From contig DASXQR010000017.1 in NCBI GenBank assembly GCA_036507075.1, positions 32,001 through 96,000 of the forward strand: a stretch of DNA of 64,000 nt. The letters run 5' to 3'. The notes beneath the pieces were generated by a model that saw only the letters and a list, made by a program, of their open reading frames with translations, made no database searches and was not told the origin of the DNA. Made by a program: the position numbers and the translations under genes. This DNA comes from Acidobacteriota bacterium (lineage in GTDB: Bacteria; Acidobacteriota; UBA6911; JACQSX01). The stretch's first letter is position 1. Each line of letters starts with the position of its first letter. Of the stretch, positions 41,903-52,035 are shown in pieces.

Positions 41903-43234
41903 ATGAAACCAAGGATTTTCTGGACATCGTGCGCGTTTGTCTGTCTGGTTGCCGTCGGCTATTGGATCCATTGGCAGACGCGTCCGGCATTGCAGGCAGC
42001 TCCGGTATCCAGCCTTTCAGGTCCGGCGACAAAGACCGGCATCGCGGTTCCCACTCTGGTCCAGGGAAGTCTTGAAGAACACACCACTTTGAGCGACCTG
42101 CTTTCGCGTCTGGGAATGAATTCAGCCGAGGTTCAGGCGCTGATAGCCGACGTGCGACCCTCATACGACCTGGGGCGAGTTCGCGCCGGGAACCGCTATG
42201 CCGCGGAGCGCGGCAGTTCCGGAGAGCTGATATTCTTTCGATACGAAATCGACCACGACCGTTACCTGACGGTGCACCGGCAGCAGGATCGGTTTACCGC
42301 CAGCGTCGAGAATTACCAATACGAGATACGACAGGAAGAGCTGGGCGGCTCGATTGAAGGTTCGCTGTTTGCGACGCTGACCAACCTGGGAGAATCTGAA
42401 GAGCTGGCTGACGCGCTGTACAACATCTTCCGTTGGGATATCGACTTCAATTCCGACATCCGGCCGGGCGACACTTTCCGGCTGATCTTTGAAAAGAAGA
42501 TGCTGGATGGAAAATTCAGCGGGTATGGCCGGATTTTATCGGCCGAGTTCGTCAATCAGAATAAGGTTCATCAGGCTTTTTATTTTGAAAGGAAGAATGC
42601 GATCCGTGAAGATCGCCTCTTGGGCCGGATGAGTCGGCTCCCGAAGCCTCGCAAGGTCAGGGAAGCAGATAGAGGAGAATACTTTGATCCCTTCGGGCGG
42701 CCTCTTCGAAAGGCTTTCTTGAGATCGCCACTGGCCATGGTATATCGAGTTACATCGCGCTTTACGCGCGCCCGCTTCCATCCGATTTTAAAGCGATATC
42801 GCCCTCATCTTGGCGTCGACTTTGGAGCGCCGGAAGGAACGCTGGTGCTGGCCAGCGGAAGCGGAGTCGTCCGGTTCGCGGGGTATAGAGCGGGATTCGG
42901 CAAATACATCGAAGTGGATCACGGGAATCGGTACGTCACAAGCTACGGACACCTTTCGGCTCTTCTGGTCCGCGCGGGAACTTATGTAAGTCAGGGAGCG
43001 CGAATCGGCCGCGTAGGTTCGACCGGCCTGTCGACTGGCCCCCATTTGGATTATCGGATTCGCTTTGGAAAGAAGTTTGTAAATCCCCTCGATCCGGTTC
43101 GCTTTCCTACAACAGCACCGCTTGAAAAGAGACATATGCCAGAATTTCTCGCCGTTGTGCGCCGGTTTCAGCCGCGTCTTCGCGGCATTCAACTCGCCAC
43201 GGTGCTCAATTCCGAGCGGCGAGCTGACTCATAG
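41903..43234 (+). CDS. M23-family peptidoglycan endopeptidase (MepM/Csd3-like)
   Basis: HLGVD, YGHL, STGPHLDY; N-terminal TM. Confidence 0.9.
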   Translation: MKPRIFWTSCAFVCLVAVGYWIHWQTRPALQAAPVSSLSGPATKTGIAVPTLVQGSLEEHTTLSDLLSRLGMNSAEVQALIADVRPSYDLGRVRAGNRYAAERGSSGELIFFRYEIDHDRYLTVHRQQDRFTASVENYQYEIRQEELGGSIEGSLFATLTNLGESEELADALYNIFRWDIDFNSDIRPGDTFRLIFEKKMLDGKFSGYGRILSAEFVNQNKVHQAFYFERKNAIREDRLLGRMSRLPKPRKVREADRGEYFDPFGRPLRKAFLRSPLAMVYRVTSRFTRARFHPILKRYRPHLGVDFGAPEGTLVLASGSGVVRFAGYRAGFGKYIEVDHGNRYVTSYGHLSALLVRAGTYVSQGARIGRVGSTGLSTGPHLDYRIRFGKKFVNPLDPVRFPTTAPLEKRHMPEFLAVVRRFQPRLRGIQLATVLNSERRADS

Positions 43235-43383
43235 AATTGGAGCCTTTCACCGCAGGGACAGATCTCGGCAGAGCTGCAACCAAAGAAAAAGCCGAAGACC
43301 GGCCACGAGCGCGTGCACGTCAACGATAGAGGTTGACGACCACGTCCACGCATAGTGGAGATGAGTTATAATCCCTGTCACGC

Positions 43384-43965
43384 ATGCGCCGTAAACTCCC
43401 TCCCATTCTTGGCATCAGCGCCGTCGTGTTGTGGATTGTTCTCTTTGGTTATGTTCGGTGGAGGACTACCCGTTACGATTATCTGATCGCTGTAGAGGCC
43501 GCCAAGTATAAGCTCGATTTCCATCTGGTCAAATCCGTGGTTTATGAAGAGACCTGGTTCAACAGCGGCGCCCATGGCAAGGCGGGTGAAATCGGCCTGA
43601 TGCAAATCACACCGGTTGCAGCACAGGATTTCAGCCGCGCCGGCAATAAAGAGGTGAGACCCCAACAGCTTTATGACCCGGAGATGAATCTGGAGGTGGG
43701 TTGCTGGTATCTGCGAAACTCCATCGATCATTATTCGAATTTCGAAGATCCCTTGCCATACGCACTGGCCCGATACAACGCGGGTGAAGCGCGAGTTGAG
43801 AAGTGGCTCGAGCCTTCACCGCGCGATCATTCCGAGCCGGCGCAGAATTTTCTGGATCGCATCGACTACCCGAGCACGCGCCAATACATTAAGAACGTGC
43901 TGCGTCGTTATACGCTGCAGAACTATTACATTCCGGTAACCTACAAGTCCCAGTTCTTTCGCTGA
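43384..43965 (+). CDS. Lytic transglycosylase (SLT domain)
   Basis: VVYEET, GLMQI, NLEVGCWYL, ARYNAG, TRQYIKNV. Confidence 0.9.
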   Translation: MRRKLPPILGISAVVLWIVLFGYVRWRTTRYDYLIAVEAAKYKLDFHLVKSVVYEETWFNSGAHGKAGEIGLMQITPVAAQDFSRAGNKEVRPQQLYDPEMNLEVGCWYLRNSIDHYSNFEDPLPYALARYNAGEARVEKWLEPSPRDHSEPAQNFLDRIDYPSTRQYIKNVLRRYTLQNYYIPVTYKSQFFR

Positions 43966-43978
43966 CCCCCGAGGTTGA

Positions 43979-44521
43979 TCAACGGACGGGCTCGCCGCTT
44001 ACCTGCTTGCGGCCGAGAAAGTCGAGCTTGACAACGCGAAAGTCCTCGCGCACGTCGGGAGAATCAAAATTAACTTTGTTAATCTTGTCGGCCGCGATGT
44101 TGAATTGCAGTTCTGAAAGGGAATCGAGCGAATAAATGGTATTGCCGAACTGTACTGAAGCAAATTTTAGCTGCTCCACATTGGAAAAATCTCCCTGCAA
44201 CGTCAGCCCGATGAAGGAATTTGGCAGGATCTTCATGTTTGAGGTCTTGAAAGGATCGCTGGGGTTTCCCGTTTCCATCACGATCTTCTGGACTGGAACG
44301 GGATTGTTCTTTGAGTCAATGAGGGAGATGTGCTGTGGCCGAACAAAGTAAGTGCGCTCGGTGAAATTTACCACATTAAGAATGGCTTCCTTCTGACCGG
44401 TAAGCTCAAATGTCAGAATGAAATCGTACTGTGCATAAATAAAATGCCGCCCTGAAGGCTCAGCACCAAACGCAACAACCGCAAGCAGCGAAAACAAAAC
44501 CAAAGCGAGAAAACTTTTCAT
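43979..44521 (-). CDS. Exported hypothetical protein
   Basis: Signal peptide MKSFLALVLFSLLAVVAFG; 180 aa. Confidence 0.7.
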   Translation of the reverse strand: MKSFLALVLFSLLAVVAFGAEPSGRHFIYAQYDFILTFELTGQKEAILNVVNFTERTYFVRPQHISLIDSKNNPVPVQKIVMETGNPSDPFKTSNMKILPNSFIGLTLQGDFSNVEQLKFASVQFGNTIYSLDSLSELQFNIAADKINKVNFDSPDVREDFRVVKLDFLGRKQVSGEPVR

Positions 44522-44559
44522 GCCTCTATGTTAAACCGAAAGGAAGGAAAACTTGAAGA

Positions 44560-44637
44560 GGGACAGTCCCCAATTAGAAAAAGGGGACAGTCCCCAATTA
44601 CGAAAAGGGGACTGTCCCCAATTAACGGTCCCCAATT
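44560..44637. repeat. Short GGGGAC(A/T)GTCCCCAATT repeats (x3 + partial)
   Basis: Palindromic units at ~23-bp period. Confidence 0.85.
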
Positions 44638-44643
44638 AACGAA

Positions 44644-45330
44644 TTAGGACATTTCTTTGGCGATGGCGCGGACGGCCAGAATCGGGTCGGCGGCGCGGGT
44701 AATGGGGCGGCCGATCACAAGGTAATCCGCGCCTGCGGCGATGGCGCCTGCCGGTGTCATGGTTCGCTGCTGATCGTCCGGACCGCTCCGAGCCGGTCGT
44801 ACTCCGGGCACGATCTTTTTCATGTCGACGTGGCGCAGCTGTGCCAGCTCCTTCGGGGAACAAACCAATCCCGGCAGGCCGGCGTCACGCGCCAGCAGGG
44901 CCAGCCTGGTCGCAGCCTGGGGCAGCGAGTCGTGAGGAAAGGTTTGCTGCCACTGAGATACGGAAAAGCTGGTCAGCACGGTAACGGCCAGCAACAGCGG
45001 CCTGTCATGTTCCGGCAGAGAACGAATGACGGTAATGGCAGTCTTCATCATCTCCAGGCCGCCGGCCGCATGGATGGTCAGCATTGACACTCCCAGATCG
45101 CACGCATTGCGAACCGCGCCTGCCACAACATCTGGAATGTCATGAAACTTCAGGTCCAGAAAGACCTGATAGTCCCGTTCTCTCATCTGCCGGATAAGCG
45201 CAGGGCCTTCGAGTGTGAAAAGATAACTGCCGATTTTGAAGCGCCGCGTGACAGGAGACAGTTTTTCGGCCAAGTCGAGCGCCTGCCGCCCGGACGCAAC
45301 ATCGAGTGCAATGATCAATCGATCTTCCAT
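44644..45330 (-). CDS. pyrF: Orotidine-5'-phosphate decarboxylase
   Basis: IIALD, FLDLKFHDIP, VTVLTS, PGVRP, VIGRPI. Confidence 0.95.
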   Translation of the reverse strand: MEDRLIIALDVASGRQALDLAEKLSPVTRRFKIGSYLFTLEGPALIRQMRERDYQVFLDLKFHDIPDVVAGAVRNACDLGVSMLTIHAAGGLEMMKTAITVIRSLPEHDRPLLLAVTVLTSFSVSQWQQTFPHDSLPQAATRLALLARDAGLPGLVCSPKELAQLRHVDMKKIVPGVRPARSGPDDQQRTMTPAGAIAAGADYLVIGRPITRAADPILAVRAIAKEMS

Positions 45331-45353
45331 ATAGGCCCGCCAGCCTGCCAGCT

Positions 45354-45562
45354 CGGATCATTCGAAAACACTTAACCGCGAAGAACGCCAAGAACGCCAA
45401 GATGGCGCAAAGATCGGGGCTGAAGCTTGAAGGATGAAGGCCAATCAAAGGCGCGTCAAACGCTGACTTGACGTCCTTCATCCTTCAAGCTTCAGCCCCG
45501 ATCTTTGCGCTATTCTTAGCGCTCTTGGCGGCCTTGGCGGTTAAGTGTTTTTGAATGATCCG
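45354..45562. repeat. Long inverted repeat (~90-bp arms) between pyrD and pyrF
   Basis: CGCAAAGATCGGGGCTGAAGCTTGAAGGATGAAGG has a perfect reverse complement; CGCCAAGAA 9-mers are also seen at window positions 1-29. Confidence 0.9.
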
Positions 45563-45564
45563 GA

Positions 45565-46494
45565 CTAGCATGTCTGTGCTTTTTCAGACTTCATGGCCTC
45601 TCTCAGCGCGGCGACGTCGGGTATCTTCTTGCGTTCGCAATAACACACCAGGCCGTCCAGAACTTCTTTGGCGACCGTCGGTTTGTAAAAATTGGCTGTT
45701 CCAATCTGGATAGCAGTGGCCCCGGCAAGAAAGAATTCAACGGCATCCTGCCACCGGCTGATACCTCCGATTCCCACCACCGGAATTTTCACCGCCCGGG
45801 CAACCTGGTAAACCATTCGCAGTGCAATCGGCTTTATGGCCGGACCGCTCAGACCGCCAAAAATTGTGGAGAGCACCGGTTCCCGGCGTTCGATGTCAAT
45901 GGCCATGGCCACCAGAGTGTTGATCAGCGTGACTGCATCCGCGCCGGCATCCTGGCACGCAATTGCAATTGGGCAGATGTCGGTGACATTCGGTGACAGC
46001 TTGACGTACAATGGCAGCCTGCACTTCTTACGGACGCTTGAAACCACGCGCCGTGTCAACTCCGGATTGCTGCCGAACTCGATCCCGCCTTCTTTCACGT
46101 TGGGACATGAAATATTCAGCTCCACCCCGGCAATATCGGCGTGGTCACTCAGGTATGCGGCGACCTGCACATATTCTTCTTCCGTCTTGCCGAAAATGTT
46201 GGCGATTACCTGAGTTCGATAATGCTTCAGTCGCGGCAGTTTCTCCTTGACGAAATTCTCCATGCCCACGTTCTGCAGTCCAATGGAGTTAAGCATTCCG
46301 GAAGGTGTCTCGTAAATGCGGTTTGGGGCATTTCCGGCCCGCGGCTGAATGGAGAGACCCTTAACGACAACAGCGCCGATCTCGTTCAGATCCAAGAAGG
46401 GCTCGAATTCGGCGCCGTATGCGAACGTTCCGCTCGCAGTCCAGACAGGGTTCTGGAAATTCTTTCCGGCGATTTGAATACGCGGATCAAACAT
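45565..46494 (-). CDS. pyrD: Dihydroorotate dehydrogenase 1B catalytic subunit
   Basis: ASGTF, NSIGLQN, ELNISCPNV, VKLSPNV, GGLSGPAIKP. Confidence 0.95.
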   Translation of the reverse strand: MFDPRIQIAGKNFQNPVWTASGTFAYGAEFEPFLDLNEIGAVVVKGLSIQPRAGNAPNRIYETPSGMLNSIGLQNVGMENFVKEKLPRLKHYRTQVIANIFGKTEEEYVQVAAYLSDHADIAGVELNISCPNVKEGGIEFGSNPELTRRVVSSVRKKCRLPLYVKLSPNVTDICPIAIACQDAGADAVTLINTLVAMAIDIERREPVLSTIFGGLSGPAIKPIALRMVYQVARAVKIPVVGIGGISRWQDAVEFFLAGATAIQIGTANFYKPTVAKEVLDGLVCYCERKKIPDVAALREAMKSEKAQTC

Positions 46495-47281
46495 GGCCGG
46501 ACGTGTCCCATTTCATCTTATGACCATCGAATACCGGCCCATACTGGCATGCCAGGCGGTATCCCTCTGTCGTCTCTACGGCACAGCCAAAGCAAACACC
46601 GAACCCACATCCCATGAAGCACTCAACGGAGACCTGAAGCGGAACCCGGTGCTGCCGCGCTATGCGCGAAACCGCCTCGAGCATCGGGCCGGGGCCGCAA
46701 GCGAGGATCTGTGAGTTGGAGGAGTCTTTCAAATATGTGACCAGCAGATCGGTAACTCTGCCTTTGGTGCCGAAGCTTCCATCTTCGGTAGAGGCACGAA
46801 CCTCCACGCCGAGTTCCTCGAAGGCTTCCATTGTCACCAGATCGGACCGGGAACGTGCGCCATAGAGCAGCAATAAAGGGCCTCCGCCGTGAATCAATTT
46901 CTGGGCCAGCAGGTAAAAAGGCGCGATTCCCACGCCTCCCGCCACCATCACCGCCGCTTTTTGCGCGTCGACCTCAAAATGATTTCCCAGCAAACCGATC
47001 ATAGGCACATCGGCTCCCAGGCCGAACTGCGACATTTGACGCGTTCCCAAGCCGATCACTTTGACCAGAATTGAAAAGCTTCCTTCCTGGGGAGAAACGC
47101 CAAACACGCTGAATGGTCGCATCAGGATTGGATAAGGGCTGAGCGCGTCGACGTCGGCGGCGATCATCAGGAATTGGCCGGGCAAAGCCTGAGCGGCAAT
47201 TTGAGGATCCGCAAAATGGAGGAGGAAGTTATCGCCGTTCAACCTTTGATGCCTTACCAGTCTTGCGGTGAAGTAGCGCAT
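46487..47281 (-). CDS. pyrK: Dihydroorotate dehydrogenase electron transfer subunit
   Basis: PGQF, RPFS, GGVGIAP, CGPGPML, MGCGFGVCFGC..C. Confidence 0.9.
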   Translation of the reverse strand: MRYFTARLVRHQRLNGDNFLLHFADPQIAAQALPGQFLMIAADVDALSPYPILMRPFSVFGVSPQEGSFSILVKVIGLGTRQMSQFGLGADVPMIGLLGNHFEVDAQKAAVMVAGGVGIAPFYLLAQKLIHGGGPLLLLYGARSRSDLVTMEAFEELGVEVRASTEDGSFGTKGRVTDLLVTYLKDSSNSQILACGPGPMLEAVSRIARQHRVPLQVSVECFMGCGFGVCFGCAVETTEGYRLACQYGPVFDGHKMKWDTSGHV

Positions 47282-47378
47282 CCTCGATCCGAAAATAACA
47301 GACCCCGCTGCAAAACACAATTTTGGCGATTCCTTTTTAAAAAAACATCGGGTATTGTACGGACGCTCCGAGGTCACT

Positions 47379-47936
47379 ATGGAACACCAAATCATGTCGG
47401 CCCGCCAGATGGATCTGGCGCTCGCCCGCATTGCCGCTGAAATTGTTGAAAATCACCCTCAATTGGAAAGCCTGCTTCTGGTAGGGATCCGCCGGCGGGG
47501 CATTCCCCTGAGCGAGCGGCTGCAAAAGCACGTTGAAAAGCTTACGCAAAAGAAGGTGGCGATCGGAATTCTTGACATCACTCTTTACCGCGACGACCTG
47601 AGCACCGTGGCGGCGCAACCGGTTGTGGAAAGCACGCGCATAGACACGCCGGTTGAGGGTCGTGAAGTGATTCTGGTTGATGACGTGCTCTATACGGGCA
47701 GGACCATTCGAGCGGCTCTTGATCACCTGATCGATTTCGGCCGGCCCAGGAAGGTGGAACTTGCCGTGTTGATCGACCGGGGCCACCGGGAACTTCCAAT
47801 CCAGGCGGATTACATCGGAAAGACAGTCCAGACAGCAGATGAGGAAATTGTGGAAGTGCAACTCCCCGAGATCGATCATGCGGAAAGAGTGATGCTTACC
47901 AATCGTGACTCAGTCAGAACTAAGAAGGGACTCTAA
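47379..47936 (+). CDS. pyrR: Bifunctional pyr regulator / uracil phosphoribosyltransferase
   Basis: LDITLYRDD, LVDDVLYTGRTIRAA, DRGHRELPI. Confidence 0.95.
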   Translation: MEHQIMSARQMDLALARIAAEIVENHPQLESLLLVGIRRRGIPLSERLQKHVEKLTQKKVAIGILDITLYRDDLSTVAAQPVVESTRIDTPVEGREVILVDDVLYTGRTIRAALDHLIDFGRPRKVELAVLIDRGHRELPIQADYIGKTVQTADEEIVEVQLPEIDHAERVMLTNRDSVRTKKGL

Positions 47937-47942
47937 TCTACA

Positions 47943-48099
47943 TTTGAATGCGGAATATACAAATGCGGAATGCGGAATGCAGAATGCGGAATATTTTCCA
48001 ATGCAGATTCCGGAATGCGGAATGGGGTGAGAGGTTTGCTCGTGGCTTCCAACACCTACTTGGATAAATTCCGCATTCCGCATTCCGAAATCCGCATTT
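47943..48099. repeat. Inverted heptamer repeats ATGCGGA / TTCCGCA
   Basis: Similar to the reverse complement of 40091-40206. Confidence 0.85.
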
Positions 48100-48130
48100 G
48101 GGTACAATCCGCATCTGTTTTAGTCACAAC

Positions 48131-49075
48131 ATGCCGTTAAATCGTCCTCACCTTCTCGGAATCGAAGATCTCGAACCGGCCGAGATCGAGTTGATTTTGA
48201 AGACGGCCGAATCGTTCCGTGAAATTTCCGCCCGCCCCATTAAGAAGGTTCCGGCTCTTCGCGGAAAGACGGTTATCAACCTGTTCTTCGAGCCATCCAC
48301 CCGTACTCGCTCCTCCTTTGAGATTGCCGCCAAAAGACTGAGCGCCGACACGATAAATTTTTCAGCTTCCACGAGCAGCGCAAGCAAGGGCGAAACCTTG
48401 TTGGATACGGCAAAGAACCTGCAGTCGATGGCGCCGGATGCGCTGGTAATTCGTCATTCAGCCAGCGGTACGCCGCTTGTCCTGTCAAAGCACTTAAAGA
48501 CGGTTGTGATTAACGCGGGCGACGGAATGCATGAGCATCCAACGCAGGCGCTGCTCGATATGTTGACCATTCGCGAGCACAAGAAGCGGCTGAAAGGGCT
48601 CAAGGTCGCCATCATCGGCGATATTCTCCACAGCCGGGTGGCGCGATCTAACATTTACGGGCTTACCAAAATGGGAGCCAGGGTCTGGCTGTGCGGCCCT
48701 TCAACTCTTATGCCCGGACAGTTCCGGCAGTTCGGCGTCAAGTTGACTTGGGATCTTCGCGAGGCCCTCGAAAATGCCGACGTCGCCATGATGCTGCGAA
48801 TTCAACAGGAAAGGCAGCAGGAAAACTTCTTTCCCTCGGTGAAGGAATACTTTGATCTTTTCGGCCTGGACCGGCAAAAGCTCCGGGTGGCAAAGCCAGA
48901 CGTGCTGGTAATGCATCCGGGACCGATAAACAGGGGAGTGGAGATATCTTCCGACGTGGCGGACGGAGAATTCTCTGTAATTCTGGAGCAGGTGACAAAC
49001 GGCATTGCCGTCAGGATGGCGCTGCTTTACCTGCTGCTCTTGCCCGGGGCTTCCACAAAAGTTGTATGGGAGTAA
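48131..49075 (+). CDS. pyrB: Aspartate carbamoyltransferase catalytic subunit
   Basis: [44 protein letters not shown]. Confidence 0.97.
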   Translation: MPLNRPHLLGIEDLEPAEIELILKTAESFREISARPIKKVPALRGKTVINLFFEPSTRTRSSFEIAAKRLSADTINFSASTSSASKGETLLDTAKNLQSMAPDALVIRHSASGTPLVLSKHLKTVVINAGDGMHEHPTQALLDMLTIREHKKRLKGLKVAIIGDILHSRVARSNIYGLTKMGARVWLCGPSTLMPGQFRQFGVKLTWDLREALENADVAMMLRIQQERQQENFFPSVKEYFDLFGLDRQKLRVAKPDVLVMHPGPINRGVEISSDVADGEFSVILEQVTNGIAVRMALLYLLLLPGASTKVVWE

Positions 49076-50382
49076 ATCAGACACTGTTTCGCGGCGCGCA
49101 CATCGTGGATCCGGCCTCCCGGTGGGATGGCCCGGGAGAGCTGCTGGTGCGCAATGGCAAGGTCGCTGAGCTGAAGAGAAGGATTGCGGTCGGCGAGGAC
49201 TGCGAGGTGATTCATGCCGCCGGCCTGATTCTGACGCCCGGGCTCATCGACATGCACGTTCACTTGCGCGAGCCCGGCAGGGAGGATGAAGAAACAATTG
49301 AGTCCGGATGTCGGAGCGCCGTCGCCGGAGGTTTTACGGGTGTTGCCTGTATGCCCAACACCGAACCGGTCAACGATTCGGAGACCGTGACCCGCTTTAT
49401 TTTGGAGAAAGCGCGAGCGGCAGCTTTGGCCCATGTTTATCCGGTAGGAGCGATCAGCCGCGGAAGCAACGGTGAAAAGCTGGCTGAAATCGGGGAAATG
49501 GCCAAGGCAGGCGCCCGCGCTGTCAGCGACGACGGGCAGCCGGTTATGAATGCTCAACTGATGCGGCGGGCGATGGAATATGCCTCCATGCTGGACATCC
49601 CTGTGATCGATCATTGTGAAGACAGGAACCTGGCCGGCGACGGTTGTATGAATGAGGGCGAGGCAAGCATTCGACTTGGGTTGAAGGGAATTCACTGCTG
49701 CGCTGAGGATGTTCAGGTGGCGCGCGACATCATCCTGGCTGAGGTGACCGGGGCACGCGTGCATATAGCCCATTTGTCTTCCGCACGATCACTCGAGCTG
49801 GTCTCCCGCGCCAAAGAAAAATCGATTCCGATCACCTGTGAGGTAACGCCGCACCATTTTTCTCTGGCGGATGAAGACATCCCCGATTACGACCCAAATT
49901 TCAAGATGAATCCGCCGCTGCGCAACCGGCAAGACGTGAGATCGCTGCTGGCCGGTTTGGCGGACCGGTCCGTGGATGCTATCGCCTCGGACCATGCTCC
50001 TCACAATCCCAACGAAAAGATGCTCGATTTTCAGAGCGCCCCGTTTGGCGTGCTGGGTCTGGAAACAACGCTCCCGCTGGCAATCACCTATCTGATTCGC
50101 AAGAAGGTCATTGGGTGGGGCCGGTTGGTGGAATTACTGTCGTCCGGCCCGGCCCGTATTCTGGGCCTGCCCGGGAAGGGAAGTCTCAAACTGGGTTGCG
50201 ATGCCGACATCACTGTGATCGACCCGCGACCGGCATGGAAAATCGAAGGGGCGCGCTTTCAATCGCGCAGCCGCAATACTCCATTTGAGGGTTGGAAGGT
50301 TTACGGCCGTTGCGCAGGAACGATGGTAGCAGGACGGTGGGTGTTCCGGAGCTTTAAGGGGATTGAGAGATGGAGGGATTGA
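49066..50382 (+). CDS. pyrC: Dihydroorotase
   Basis: [29 protein letters not shown]. Confidence 0.95.
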   Translation: MGVNQTLFRGAHIVDPASRWDGPGELLVRNGKVAELKRRIAVGEDCEVIHAAGLILTPGLIDMHVHLREPGREDEETIESGCRSAVAGGFTGVACMPNTEPVNDSETVTRFILEKARAAALAHVYPVGAISRGSNGEKLAEIGEMAKAGARAVSDDGQPVMNAQLMRRAMEYASMLDIPVIDHCEDRNLAGDGCMNEGEASIRLGLKGIHCCAEDVQVARDIILAEVTGARVHIAHLSSARSLELVSRAKEKSIPITCEVTPHHFSLADEDIPDYDPNFKMNPPLRNRQDVRSLLAGLADRSVDAIASDHAPHNPNEKMLDFQSAPFGVLGLETTLPLAITYLIRKKVIGWGRLVELLSSGPARILGLPGKGSLKLGCDADITVIDPRPAWKIEGARFQSRSRNTPFEGWKVYGRCAGTMVAGRWVFRSFKGIERWRD

Positions 50383-50508
50383 GAGATGGAGGGATTGAGA
50401 GATAGTGGAATTGAACCCTCAGTCTTTCTGTCCCTCCATCCCTCGGTCTCTCCATCCCTCTATCCCTCCGTCCCTCCATCCCTCAATCCCTCCGTCCCTC
50501 CATCCCTC
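50359..50508. repeat. Inverted 8-mer tandem repeats (GAGGGATT/GAGAGATG ... CATCCCTC)
   Basis: Overlaps the pyrC stop; between convergent pyrC and ftsB. Confidence 0.85.
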
Positions 50509-50803
50509 ATTTCTCCGCCAGATTTACAATGATGTCCCCTGGTCTGGCGAAGTTGTAGTCTTCCCGGGCAATCCTTTCAATGACGCCGGCATCTGTTTTC
50601 AGCCCCCTTATATTCTTCATCAGCGCATCGTTTTCGGCTCTCAATCGGGTATTTTCCAGACGCAGGATTTCCATCTGCTGGCGCTGCTGCTGCAATTTTC
50701 GATAACCTCCCTGGCCTAAAATGCAAAAATAAACGAGGAAAATAATGAACAAAAGCAACAGGATAAAAAAGCTCTCCCGGCGTAACCGTTCTGACGCGCT
50801 CAT
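50507..50803 (-). CDS. ftsB: Septum formation initiator (FtsB/DivIC)
   Basis: TM helix, coiled coil, IERIAREDYNFARPGD. Confidence 0.85.
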   Translation of the reverse strand: MSASERLRRESFFILLLLFIIFLVYFCILGQGGYRKLQQQRQQMEILRLENTRLRAENDALMKNIRGLKTDAGVIERIAREDYNFARPGDIIVNLAEK

Positions 50804-50847
50804 GATATTTTCCCCATGTCGAGCAACCGGACAAAAAGGGACGAATA

Positions 50848-51174
50848 ATGACAGACTTTTCGGTGGTGTTGACTACGGTCAATTCTGAGGAGGAAGCCCG
50901 CAAGCTGGCGCAAAAACTGGTTGAAACACGCCTTGCCGCCTGCGTCAATATTATTCCAGACGTTGTTTCAGTTTACAACTGGAAAGATAAGTTGCAGCAG
51001 GACAAGGAGTGGCTCCTGCTGATCAAAACCCGCTCGGATTTGACCGCCAGGATAGGGGAAATCTTCAGGAGAAATCACCCGTACGATCTTCCCGAGCTTG
51101 TGGAAATCAAAATCGAACACGGCTCGGCCGCCTATTTAAGCTGGCTGGGGGAATGGTTGATACAGGACGGTTGA
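50848..51174 (+). CDS. cutA: Divalent-cation tolerance protein CutA
   Basis: LVETRLAACVN, SVYNW, LLIKT, HPYDLPE. Confidence 0.9.
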   Translation: MTDFSVVLTTVNSEEEARKLAQKLVETRLAACVNIIPDVVSVYNWKDKLQQDKEWLLLIKTRSDLTARIGEIFRRNHPYDLPELVEIKIEHGSAAYLSWLGEWLIQDG

Positions 51175-51180
51175 TCTAAA

Positions 51181-51834
51181 ATGCTCAAAAAGTTCGGGGA
51201 AGAAAAGCTCAATTTCCAACTGCGCCAGCATTTCGTCACCGCCGTAGCCGCTTTTAACGAGCATTGGAACGGGGCGGTTGCTGAACCGGATAAGATGCTT
51301 GATCATTTCTTTGGAGAGCTGAGCCGGCGTTCTGTGGAAGACTCGGAAAATTTTCGAGTGCGCCTGATTCCACGGCGTTTCGACCATCCGAAAGCCCGTG
51401 GCGCCGCCCTGATGATAAGTCTTTATGAACCGGAGCTCCGGTTTCAGAAGGGTATTCTGTTTCGCGCCCGCGCCAGTTTGAACCGGGCGGCCACCGAGGA
51501 GGGGAATCTGTTTGACTCGGATAATATCAAGGAGGAAGCGGCAGAAATTCTCGGAATCAGCCAGTCAGCATGCTTTACGACATTTTCCCCGCAAGGGATT
51601 CATGTTCTCTCGGCAAGCAGCATCGTGGGAGATCATGCCAGTGATGCCTACCTGTTGAAGAATTTTTATTACTTGAACATCGCGGATTTTATCGGCAATC
51701 TGTTTTTCAAGTGTTTCGTCGGGGATACCCGGCCGCTGTTCATCCAGGGGCTGCAGGCGGGAGAGTGGTGTCGCAACCTTCTTGAGATCCGCATCACTGT
51801 CACCCCGCAATTAGCTCAACAACCTTTGTTTTGA
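51181..51834 (+). CDS. Hypothetical protein
   Basis: 217 aa ORF directly after cutA; no family confidently recognised. Confidence 0.65.
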   Translation: MLKKFGEEKLNFQLRQHFVTAVAAFNEHWNGAVAEPDKMLDHFFGELSRRSVEDSENFRVRLIPRRFDHPKARGAALMISLYEPELRFQKGILFRARASLNRAATEEGNLFDSDNIKEEAAEILGISQSACFTTFSPQGIHVLSASSIVGDHASDAYLLKNFYYLNIADFIGNLFFKCFVGDTRPLFIQGLQAGEWCRNLLEIRITVTPQLAQQPLF

Positions 51835-51902
51835 TATATGGTTTACGGAGCGTTCGCTACGCTGCGGAGATCGGTCCATCAGTCATAGGTCAGGTTCAGG
51901 AG

Positions 51903-51965
51903 CTTGGTGCCTTGGTGTCTGGGTGGTTTCAATTTTTTTTTACCACCAAGGCACCAAGGCACCAA
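51903..51965. repeat. Inverted 8-mer repeats CTTGGTGC / GCACCAAG
   Basis: Three units per arm. Confidence 0.75.
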
Positions 51966-52035
51966 ACTCCTGAACCTTCACACTACATAGCCGATGACCA
52001 AATCGATGACCGAATCGCTGCAAGAGCGAGGGTGT

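Noticed and set aside
44560..44637. Possible CRISPR array (also 63883-63990 and the heptamer arrays)
   Set aside because: Repeats are too short, spacers are absent or only ~7 bp and not unique, and there are no cas genes.
47282..47378. PyrR-binding attenuator upstream of pyrR/pyrK
   Set aside because: Only a partial CCGAGGT match that doubles as an RBS; no consensus loop or terminator/antiterminator.
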